Below, piece by piece: positions 8,001-16,542 of a stretch of 21,835 nt of DNA; positions within the stretch are counted from its first letter, which is position 1, and every line of letters begins with the position of its first letter. The notes under the pieces are model-generated. The model did not search any database. It was not told the origin of the DNA and was given only the letters and a program-made list of their open reading frames with translations. The stretch comes from an uncultured archaeon. GTDB taxonomy: Archaea > Asgardarchaeota > Lokiarchaeia > Sigyniarchaeales > SOKP01. The stretch is taken from NCBI GenBank assembly GCA_964388035.1, contig CAYLZE010000086.1, positions 1 to 21,835 of the forward strand, written 5' to 3'. Made by a program: the position numbers and the translations under genes.

Positions 8001-9503
8001 TTAATAATCCAAGTATTTCATGATTTCCCAAGGGGTGACGTATAAGCAATACTGGTTCCATTCATGGTTTTTATATTCCACGAATTTATCATATAAGTGG
8101 GATCCTAAAACATCCTTGAATAAATCATCACTATCTAAAGCTTCCAATGCATCTCTTAGCGTGGTAGGCAACTGTCTAATCCCGAACGATTTTCTTTCAG
8201 CTGCATCCATATCATAGATATCCTTATCAACAGGATCTCCGGGGTCTAATTTCTTCTTAATGCCATCCAATCCCGCTGATAATATAGAAGCCAAAGCAAA
8301 ATAGGGATTCGTGGAGGGATCAACGCCTCTATATTCAATTCTTCTACTTTTTCTATATTTTTGTCCTCTTAGATACATGGGAATCCGTATTAAAGCAGAA
8401 CGATTTCTTCTACTATATAAAATGTTGATGGGAGCTTCAAAACCGGGGACTAATCGCTTATAAGAATTTACTGTAGGACAAGTTATAGCAGTAAGAGCTT
8501 CAGCATGCTCGAGTAACCCACCAATGTAATATCTAGCAGTTTGGCTAATTTCAGCATACTCATCTTTTGGGTCCCAAAATGCATTTTCACCATCCTTGAA
8601 GAGGGAGTTATGGCAATGCATTCCACTTGCATTGTCTAAATAAATCGGTTTGGGCATGAACGTCGCAATCCACCCATATTGAGCCGCTATATTTCTTGCT
8701 GCCAATTTATATACTTGAATTTTATCTGCAGTCTCGATTGGATCGCCATAGCGAAAATTTAATTCGCACTGTCCTTTGGTCGATACCTCATGATGATGCA
8801 TTTCAATCGTGTAGCCCATTTGCATTAAATTATTGGCCAAATTATTTCGATATGCATTGGTTGTATCTTCTGGAGGATTTCGGAAGTAAGCTTCCTTTGG
8901 ACGCAAAATATATCCTCCAACATTCGTTTCAGGAGATTCAGGATTCACCCGAGGTGGACCCCAACTATCACCGGACCCACCTGCGGGACTCACGAAAATA
9001 TCATAGCTTAAATGGCTGGGATCAATCGATTTAAACACGAAAAATTCAATTTCAGGTCCGAAATACGGGGTAAATCCCATTGCTACTGCTTTATCTACTG
9101 CCCGTTTGCAGACATATCCTCGTGGATCGCAATCAGCGGCTTCCAAACTTCCAAATGGTTCTCGTATATTACCAATAATGACAGCAGTTTTTTGATCACC
9201 GCTTGTCCAAGGCAAGACATATAATGCTTCGGGATCGGGATAAAAAATCATGTCACTCGTGTGAATATCTTTAAAACCCCGAATACTCGATCCATCAAAT
9301 CCAATTCCCACATCAAAATATTCTTCCTCTTCCGTAAATAGGGATGCAGAAGTACTAAAACTCTGAAATAAACCACGAATATCTGTAAACGCACATAAGA
9401 CCCATTTGACGTTTTGTTCTTCTAAGATTTGCTTTGCAGCATCAACGGACCCAGTTCCTGGAGGTATTAATCCTCTTTTTATACTTTCTTTAGTGGACGT
9501 CAT
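8001..9503 (-). CDS. glnA: Glutamine synthetase type I
   Basis: FDGSSIRGF, GPEIEFF, HHHEV..GQCE, ATFMPKP, NASGMHCH, NSYKRLVPGFEAP, NRSALIRIP, RIEYR.VDP..NPY. Confidence 0.98.
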   Translation of the reverse strand: MTSTKESIKRGLIPPGTGSVDAAKQILEEQNVKWVLCAFTDIRGLFQSFSTSASLFTEEEEYFDVGIGFDGSSIRGFKDIHTSDMIFYPDPEALYVLPWTSGDQKTAVIIGNIREPFGSLEAADCDPRGYVCKRAVDKAVAMGFTPYFGPEIEFFVFKSIDPSHLSYDIFVSPAGGSGDSWGPPRVNPESPETNVGGYILRPKEAYFRNPPEDTTNAYRNNLANNLMQMGYTIEMHHHEVSTKGQCELNFRYGDPIETADKIQVYKLAARNIAAQYGWIATFMPKPIYLDNASGMHCHNSLFKDGENAFWDPKDEYAEISQTARYYIGGLLEHAEALTAITCPTVNSYKRLVPGFEAPINILYSRRNRSALIRIPMYLRGQKYRKSRRIEYRGVDPSTNPYFALASILSAGLDGIKKKLDPGDPVDKDIYDMDAAERKSFGIRQLPTTLRDALEALDSDDLFKDVLGSHLYDKFVEYKNHEWNQYCLYVTPWEIMKYLDY

Positions 9504-9541
9504 AATATCGCTTTTTTTACATGCAGTTATATTTTTGGTTC

Positions 9542-9556
9542 TTTTATATATATTTT
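9542..9556 (-). promoter_or_regulatory. Putative TATA box of glnA
   Basis: Minus strand AAAATATATATAAAA about 40-50 nt upstream of the glnA ATG. Confidence 0.4.
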
Positions 9557-9966
9557 GACTACATAGTTATACTTTAACTTAAATAAATCATAATCGTATT
9601 TAAGTTTTGTTCATATGATCTAGTTCGATTAATGAATTAATAGCAAATGGGTAATTAATCTTAAATATGATGCATTATGTGATCATATTTCCCTTTTAGA
9701 TACAACTCGCATTTGATCATGTTATTACCTAAAAGTGAGTTAGATCGAGAGCGATTAGAATGATAAAAAGTGAAAACTTATTATTAAGAATATTCTAAAA
9801 AAGATCTAACTGAAAATACTAATTAGATGGAAATAGAATTGAAAGTAGTTTCTATATTAAATAGAAAAAAATGAGTCAAGAAAAACAATTGCTAAGAACG
9901 CGATATCACTTATTAAATTAAAACAAGAAATAAACGAAAGGGATCTAAAAAAAAGATTATGGATTT

Positions 9967-10185
9967 TTAATTAGATTTTGTCCTTCTTCGAGGTGTCCTC
10001 TTAACAACTTTTCGAGAGGGACTCTTCTTGCCTTTTCTCTTGAAAACGGTATATTTGCAATTCCCGCAATGGTACCTATCGTAGTGGTCTGCCATGAATA
10101 TAGCGGGCCCGCAGATTGGACAAGATCTCTTTTTACGCACTAGTTTGCCATCTTGAATCTCATAATATTTTGATGCGTCTGCCAT
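9967..10185 (-). CDS. rps27ae: Small-subunit ribosomal protein S27ae (eS31)
   Basis: [36 protein letters not shown] zinc ribbon. Confidence 0.96.
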   Translation of the reverse strand: MADASKYYEIQDGKLVRKKRSCPICGPAIFMADHYDRYHCGNCKYTVFKRKGKKSPSRKVVKRTPRRRTKSN

Positions 10186-10217
10186 AGTAATATCAATAAT
10201 TTTTTATTTTGATGGAT

Positions 10218-10571
10218 TTAATATTCAAATAATTGCTTATAGGGCTCTTTCCGTTTTCTCAATTTAATAATTTCTTCTCTCTTTTCCTTCGGTATATTAC
10301 GCGCTTGAATGTGGAAAGGCACATAGAAGTCTAGATCCTCTTTATTTTTATAGGCATGAACAATACCTAGAGAATAGGCGTCTCCAAAATGACCTTTAAT
10401 TTTTTGAATGATCGTGTATTTCTCATTAGTCTGGAGCATGGAAGCAAGTTTACTGCGTATTTCCATTCGATTGGGCGTTCCCATTCCGAAATGGTTTACG
10501 CGAAATTTTACTTCTGTCCTGTCGATTAGGGGATTCTTTTTTTCCTCAAGAATTTCGATTTCGAATGACAT
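10218..10571 (-). CDS. rps24e: Small-subunit ribosomal protein S24e (ATG 10571; TTG 10580 possible)
   Basis: EEKKNPLIDRTEV.F...H...GTPNR..IR.KLA; conserved position before rps27ae. Confidence 0.93.
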   Translation of the reverse strand: MSFEIEILEEKKNPLIDRTEVKFRVNHFGMGTPNRMEIRSKLASMLQTNEKYTIIQKIKGHFGDAYSLGIVHAYKNKEDLDFYVPFHIQARNIPKEKREEIIKLRKRKEPYKQLFEY

Positions 10572-10691
10572 TGATAACAATTATTTAAAAGTATTTTAAG
10601 TATTAAATAAATTAAAGAAACATTCTATTTTATAAATGTAAAAAGATTAGATAAAAAATAAAATTTTGCTTTTCTACTGAAATTTAGCATC

Positions 10692-10931
10692 ATGAGGAAG
10701 CATGAACGGCCTATTAAAATTTTAATAATTTTAGAGGTGATTGCTTTAGGATTTACCATGTTCTATTATTTTTGGGTTCAGAATGTCTTAATCGGTTTTT
10801 ATCTTATATTATATTTCATTGCTTTATTTTCGGGTGCTTCGGTTTTAATCCTTTCAATTTTTATTTGGTGGAGGCAAAAGAAGGAATCGTTGAAATTTAA
10901 TTCCAAAAGGTTAGATTTTAACATCTCTTAG
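10692..10931 (+). CDS. Small hypothetical two-TM membrane protein
   Basis: Two long hydrophobic segments flanked by basic residues; fills the gap between DUF359 and rps24e. Confidence 0.6.
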   Translation: MRKHERPIKILIILEVIALGFTMFYYFWVQNVLIGFYLILYFIALFSGASVLILSIFIWWRQKKESLKFNSKRLDFNIS

Positions 10932-10950
10932 AGCTAAAAGGCATGATCCT

Positions 10951-11532
10951 TTAACTTTTATCCATGAGCTTTATGAATTTATTAATGGTCTTTTTAATTT
11001 TTTGATCTACCTTTACGATGACAATTCCTTCGGGAATGGGATTATCTGAATCCGTGATAGGGGGTTGCCCATAAAAAACAAAATTTATCGTATTTTCCTT
11101 TAAAGGTATTTCGATAATTAAGGGCAGAACTAACAAATCCTCTTCTCCTCGTGTTATTTTAATTAAGGTTCTTTTATCAGATTCTACTACAGATTTGATA
11201 ATGTCCCAAGCTTTTTTATGAATTGTCCCCGCGGGATTTTCAAATTCTACCACTTTTTCAAAGAACTGCTCGAAATTTAAACCAATTTTGTTGCGTTGGG
11301 TCATTTCATCTATGATACAAGTTGAAACATGAGTTCTTAAATAATCATTAGCCAAGAAATCTTGAGCAACTATATCTCCTACGATAAAAAAGTTCATTTC
11401 TTGACTTGAATATCCTTTCACGTATTCAATTACTTTTGGAATGGTTTCACTCCGTTTACCTGATATTAATTGACCTAAAGGCATGGCAAAAGCAGCCCTT
11501 TTCTCCTTAGAAAGTTTCAAATCATTTTTCAC
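10951..11532 (-). CDS. GTP-dependent dephospho-CoA kinase (DUF359 family)
   Basis: PLG.L, VGDIV, IIDEMTQR, NPAGTI, GEEDLLVLP, YGQP..EG motifs; conserved position after spt4. Confidence 0.9.
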   Translation of the reverse strand: MKNDLKLSKEKRAAFAMPLGQLISGKRSETIPKVIEYVKGYSSQEMNFFIVGDIVAQDFLANDYLRTHVSTCIIDEMTQRNKIGLNFEQFFEKVVEFENPAGTIHKKAWDIIKSVVESDKRTLIKITRGEEDLLVLPLIIEIPLKENTINFVFYGQPPITDSDNPIPEGIVIVKVDQKIKKTINKFIKLMDKS

Positions 11533-11665
11533 GGCAATCAGATCTATTAATTATTACATCTTTAAAAAGAATATATTAATTGGAAGAAAATTAATTGGGA
11601 AGATAACTCGATTTCTAATGATAGGAACTCTCCAATAGAAAAAGGTAATAAACAAAGTTTCGTTC

Positions 11666-11854
11666 TTATCGAACTCTTAGAGCGTACTTTCCGGGAACGT
11701 GGATTTTTAAGTATTCCGCCATTTTTGATTCGGTGGGCTTTATTATTATGACTTCTCCACTAAAGTCTTCTGATAACGTGTGAGTTTTACATTTGGGACA
11801 AATTTCTTGATTCTTAGTTATTAAATGGCACGTCTTACATGCCTTTTCTTTCAT
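11666..11854 (-). CDS. spt4: Transcription elongation factor Spt4 (RpoE'')
   Basis: KACKTCH...CPKC...LSEDFSG.VIII.P..S.MA...PGKYALRVR; GGAGG SD upstream. Confidence 0.96.
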   Translation of the reverse strand: MKEKACKTCHLITKNQEICPKCKTHTLSEDFSGEVIIIKPTESKMAEYLKIHVPGKYALRVR

Positions 11855-11884
11855 TTTATTTTCCTCCTTTATTAGAAACTTTTT

Positions 11885-12484
11885 TTACGATTCTTCTGTT
11901 TGCTCTTCTTTTTTATTTTTATTTTCTTTTTCTTGAGTATATTCATCTTCAATGTCTTCTTCAATCCAGTCGAATTTACCCAGAAATTTCTGTCGCATGG
12001 TCAATCCAAGTTTACCGCTTCTTCCCGTCCCTAAAGAAACGGCAATAATTCTAGCTCTTATAATATCATTAACTTCCAATATTTTTCCTGTTTCTTTTCC
12101 GATAAATCTATTACCAACTTGTTCATAAGAAATGTAATCATCCGTGATTTGAGAAACGTGAATTAAGCCATCCAAAGGCCCTAAACGAACGAATGCACCA
12201 AAATCCACAATCTCTACAATCTCTCCTTCTACTACTTCTCCCACGATAGGTCTAAAAGATAGAATTCTGAACTCTACTTCATGGAAAGTGTTTGGATTTC
12301 CAGGAATGATGATACCAGGTCCCACATCTAATACATCTATTACAGCAATGATAAAACCGTATTCACGGGTAATGATCCCTTCATAGTCTTCTGCAAGAAT
12401 GATACGGGCTGAAATGTCCTTTCTTTGGTCAAACAAAAAGGGCGGTATTTCCACTTTTGAGCTTAATGTAAATAATTTAAAAAT
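11885..12484 (-). CDS. rpoE: DNA-directed RNA polymerase subunit E' (Rpo7); probable ATT start at 12484, upstream of the track's GTG at 12454
   Basis: V.IPP, GEVVEGEIVEIVDFGAFVRLGPLDGLIHVSQITDD (S1 domain), KLGLTMRQ.FLGKFDWI. The upstream frame reads (I/M)FKLFTLSSKVEIPP. Confidence 0.95.
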   Translation of the reverse strand: MFKLFTLSSKVEIPPFLFDQRKDISARIILAEDYEGIITREYGFIIAVIDVLDVGPGIIIPGNPNTFHEVEFRILSFRPIVGEVVEGEIVEIVDFGAFVRLGPLDGLIHVSQITDDYISYEQVGNRFIGKETGKILEVNDIIRARIIAVSLGTGRSGKLGLTMRQKFLGKFDWIEEDIEDEYTQEKENKNKKEEQTEES

Positions 12485-12923
12485 AGTGAATGCACCAATA
12501 TTAACTGTGTTAAATGATTAAAAATAGAAATGTACCATGAAATTAATATTTTTCCCTTAACGCTGAAAAAAAAGGACTACAAGCTAGTTCCTAAGGGATA
12601 TTTTTCATAAAATTGATGTTTCAGAATGCAAGAGGCATTTGATCTTCCTAATTCATTGAATGATTTTCTTGTATTCCATTATAAATCACCATGTAATTAT
12701 CCCATAACGTTCTTGATTATTTCATCTAAAAAATAATAATTCTATCATATCCCTTAATAAAGAAAGCAAGTAAAAATTCATAAAATTGTTATTCTCTTTA
12801 AAATATAAGTTATATACAATTGTACTTAATTTTAACTAAAGTTTTTGAATTCACGAAGGAATAATATCGAAATAATTATATAAAATTGTATACTACTTAA
12901 TAAACTACATTCGGATTAAAATA

Positions 12924-14045
12924 ATGAACGATCATGATAATAAATTTGATGTTTTAGTCATTGGGGCGGGACCTTCAGGCTCCATTGCAGCAAAAGTGGC
13001 ATCTGAAAACGGATTCTCAACTTGCTTGGTAGAAAAAGAAGAAGTTAGCAAGAAAGGGAGATATAAAGCATGTGGAGGGGCCTTGGCATGGGAATTAGTG
13101 GAAGAGATCGATTATCCCGAAGAGAAGATAGGCCGAATTATCGAATCGTTAGAATTACATCACGTAGATGGAGAAGATTATTCTAAAAAGGGAAAAGGAG
13201 CAGTAGTGTGGCGATCCGTTTTTGATAAATTTTTAACGGACATGGCACTTGAAAGTGGAGCACTCCTTAAAGAACGAGAAGCTTTAATCGAAATAGAAAG
13301 AGAGAAGGATTTTTACAAAATTACAACGAACCGTGGTTCTTATCTTGCAAAATATGTAATTGCGGCTGACGGGACTGCATCGCAAACGTTAAAAAAATTA
13401 AATTGGCCTTTTTTTAGGAGTCCCGATCTCATATTGACAATAACCCAAGAAATGAATACAGATAAATCTTATATTGATAATATTTTAGGAGAAGACACGG
13501 TTCATCTCTTTTTTGGAATTAAAGGTCTCATCCCTGTAGGATACGCCTGGTTATTTCCGAAAAGGAAGGCAATTACCGTAGGTTGGGGTAATCAGATCGA
13601 TTTAGTAAAGAATTCTAGAGAAGAATTTAAGAAATTCACCCATCTTCCTTTTGTTAAAGAAGCACTTAAGAACTCAACCATGGAAATTTTTAAACCGCAC
13701 CTCATTCCCGTGGGAATTAGATCCAAAATATATGAAGATAACGTTTTTGCTGTCGGAGATGCGGGAGGAATTGTTGATCCGATTAGTGGAAAGGGAATCC
13801 CCTATGCCATGATGTCCGGACAAATCGCCATTGAGACCATCATTGACTGTGAGAAAAAAGATAAATTGGAGAAATTAGGTCCTACCTATGAAAGAAATTT
13901 GGATAAAAAATTCTTGAAAGTGCTAAGAGCCAAAAGGATTGCTCGAGATAAAATCTTTCAAAGTGATGAAAATTTGAAGAAATTTCTGTCATTATGGGAA
14001 AAGTATCGATCATCGCAAATTATAATGGGGAAAATGCTTGATTAA
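12924..14045 (+). CDS. Geranylgeranyl reductase family FAD-dependent oxidoreductase
   Basis: FDVLVIGAGPSG, KACGG, VIAADG, GYAWLFPK (YxWxFP), VGDAGG.VDPISGKGI. Confidence 0.9.
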   Translation: MNDHDNKFDVLVIGAGPSGSIAAKVASENGFSTCLVEKEEVSKKGRYKACGGALAWELVEEIDYPEEKIGRIIESLELHHVDGEDYSKKGKGAVVWRSVFDKFLTDMALESGALLKEREALIEIEREKDFYKITTNRGSYLAKYVIAADGTASQTLKKLNWPFFRSPDLILTITQEMNTDKSYIDNILGEDTVHLFFGIKGLIPVGYAWLFPKRKAITVGWGNQIDLVKNSREEFKKFTHLPFVKEALKNSTMEIFKPHLIPVGIRSKIYEDNVFAVGDAGGIVDPISGKGIPYAMMSGQIAIETIIDCEKKDKLEKLGPTYERNLDKKFLKVLRAKRIARDKIFQSDENLKKFLSLWEKYRSSQIIMGKMLD

Positions 14046-14140
14046 ATCCGAATAAGTTACGTAGTATTTTTTTTTTAATTTCACGTGGTTCATTATCTAT
14101 ATTAAAGTTTTTTAGATAATTCTCCTCCGCATTACACTTT

Positions 14141-14650
14141 CTATTTTATTTTAAAACCATTTTTTAGAATTATCTCCACGGTCATTCGTGCAATCTCACC
14201 TACTATTGTTGAACAATGATCCATCATGCCCGATTGAAAAGCTTCTTTCATTTCATTAGGATCCCATAAATTATAGAAACGTCCCATGCCTCGAACCTGA
14301 ACATCTTTACAACGGCAAGTGCCATATTTTTCCACATATTTATCGTGCAATTCTTTTACCATATAATATGATTTCATGGGCTTACCCATGTTGGAAAAAT
14401 CCTTTTTCTCTCTTCCAAATAAATAACCAATCACCATTGAGCCCCCGACTAATGCCCCGCAAGAACCATCTCCTGTTAATCCTAACCCATCAGCCAAGCC
14501 ACTTGCTGCTTTGAAGACATCCTCGTTCCAAATCCTTAAGGATTCAAATATGGCTGCAATTGCTGTCTGGGCACATCCCGTACATTTCTGTTCATAGGAT
14601 TTTCCTAATTTAAAAGCTTTATCTAACGCTTCTTTTTCTAGTTCATTCAT
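14141..14650 (-). CDS. C-GCAxxG-C-C family putative redox-active protein
   Basis: GCAQT...GLADGLG..GSCGALVGG...YGTCRC...HC. Confidence 0.88.
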   Translation of the reverse strand: MNELEKEALDKAFKLGKSYEQKCTGCAQTAIAAIFESLRIWNEDVFKAASGLADGLGLTGDGSCGALVGGSMVIGYLFGREKKDFSNMGKPMKSYYMVKELHDKYVEKYGTCRCKDVQVRGMGRFYNLWDPNEMKEAFQSGMMDHCSTIVGEIARMTVEIILKNGFKIK

Positions 14651-14860
14651 TCAATCAACTCAAAACCTTTTTAATTTAATATCGACTGAAGTGTTGTTAA
14701 AAATAAACAATCATTCTAACAATTGAAATTTAATAAGGTTATTGATTTTTAGGTGAGAATAAAGTAAATATTGTATCACGGATTTAAAAAAAATGTTGAA
14801 CATGAACGGTTTTGAAAAAAGAATAAAAATAGATAATAAAAAAAAATAGATACGATTACC

Positions 14861-16033
14861 ATGAAAGCCAAAGGAAGAGTTCTTAAAGCCATAAATCATG
14901 AAGAACCTGATCGCGTTCCTTCTTTTGAGGGTTCAATTGATAATCTTAAAATTTGTGATTATTATGAAGAGAAATATTCTTATCAAGATATTGGAAAGCT
15001 CTTTAAAACGTTATCAGCTGTTCCCTTTAAAAATAGGTTAGCTCAAAAAGCACTTGGGTCAAAAAAAACAATAAAAAGCGGACTTTTAGCTTCAGCATCA
15101 GTTTTTAGAAAAGCTAAAATCGACTTAATGGGAGGTCCCTTGTCCATGTTCCCCATTAAGATATTTAAATGGGGATATGTTGATGAATTTGGGAGAACCT
15201 TTAAAGCCATGAAGAATCCTTCGGATGGAATGGACATTTTATTCTATAATGGAGGATTTTTTAAAGATTTTGACGATTATGAGGCTTGGGACTATCAACC
15301 CGATCCTAATGCCGAAATACGACGACTAAATTTCGAAGCCCAACAAGAAATAATGAAGGAATACAATGATGAGATTTTTATTGTTCCTGGAATGGGAGCT
15401 TTATTGGAAATGGTTACCGAAAGTTTTGGTATAGAATATTTTGCACGATTATTAGCTAAGCCTAAACAAGCCAAAAAAGTTTTTGATGATAGAGGGAAAT
15501 TCGCCTTAGAATTAACGAAACTATGCTTTGAATGGGGCACAGAAGCGATTTTGTTATGGGATGATTATGCTTACAAGTCTGGTCTCTTCATGAGCCCTAC
15601 TAATTATGAAAAGTACGTTTTTCCGTGGTTAAAAAGCATTTGTTCTTACGCCCATAAAAATGGGGGGAAAGTTCTCCTGCATAGTTGCGGAGATATATTA
15701 AAAATCTTTGAAAATTTAATAGAATGTGGTATAGACGCTTTTAATCCGATTGAGCCTACTACCGCAAATCCCGAATATGATATCTTCAAATTGAAAAAGA
15801 GCTTTGGAGATAAAATCACGTTGATCGGGAATGTTAGCCCCCAAGATTTAGCAGATAAAGATCCGAACTATATCATCGATTATACAAAAAGGCTTCTTAA
15901 AGAATGTGCTCCAGGAGGGGGTTTTATTATTAGCTCAGGACATAGCATCAATCCTGCTGTTAAATTAGAAAATTTCCTAGCAATGAGAGAAACCGTTATT
16001 AATTTAGGCAAATATCCCATTAAGGTAAACTGA
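14861..16033 (+). CDS. Uroporphyrinogen decarboxylase (URO-D)/MtaA-CmuA-like family protein
   Basis: RVLKAINHEEPDRVP, WDDYAYKSG.FMSP, LHSCG, FGDKITLIGNV, GGGFIISSGHSI. Confidence 0.88.
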   Translation: MKAKGRVLKAINHEEPDRVPSFEGSIDNLKICDYYEEKYSYQDIGKLFKTLSAVPFKNRLAQKALGSKKTIKSGLLASASVFRKAKIDLMGGPLSMFPIKIFKWGYVDEFGRTFKAMKNPSDGMDILFYNGGFFKDFDDYEAWDYQPDPNAEIRRLNFEAQQEIMKEYNDEIFIVPGMGALLEMVTESFGIEYFARLLAKPKQAKKVFDDRGKFALELTKLCFEWGTEAILLWDDYAYKSGLFMSPTNYEKYVFPWLKSICSYAHKNGGKVLLHSCGDILKIFENLIECGIDAFNPIEPTTANPEYDIFKLKKSFGDKITLIGNVSPQDLADKDPNYIIDYTKRLLKECAPGGGFIISSGHSINPAVKLENFLAMRETVINLGKYPIKVN

Positions 16034-16542
16034 TGACATTTTAAAATTATCCATCCCCCAGTTGTTTAATATATAAAAATTAACCATGCATCAAAAAAGG
16101 ATTTCTATACTAATTGTGAACGTTTAGAATGCTACTATTTTGTTAATTTCTTATCCTTATGTCTTGAGAACGTTAATCCGCTCTAATGATTGGAGTTGCT
16201 AGTTCCGATTTAGAAGAAAAAAAAGGAGTATTTAGACCCTATCTAAAACTAATCTTAATGAAGAGAATTTAACCAATTTATACTCGATTTTCAATATCCT
16301 ATGAAAATGTATTAAATTTACAAATCTGGTAAAGATATCTTATAGGATAACCTTTTTCTGATATTTAATTAGGTTCATAAAAAATATGTTAAAAAGCAAT
16401 AAATAATTTACAGTTTAGAAGTCATAGCTTGGAAAAAAAGGTTGAAAGGAAAAAATTAAAATTTTTTATTATAATCCATAAAAATATAAATGCATTTTTA
16501 ATATGTTATAATAGGTATAAAGTGTATTAAGGTAAAGGATTA

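Noticed and set aside
12811-12893. TATACAATT/AATTGTATA inverted repeat before the GGR gene
   Set aside because: 9 bp and almost all A/T, expected by chance at this composition
12521-12923. PIN-domain gene expected upstream of rpoE'
   Set aside because: Only very short ORFs were found and no PIN motif
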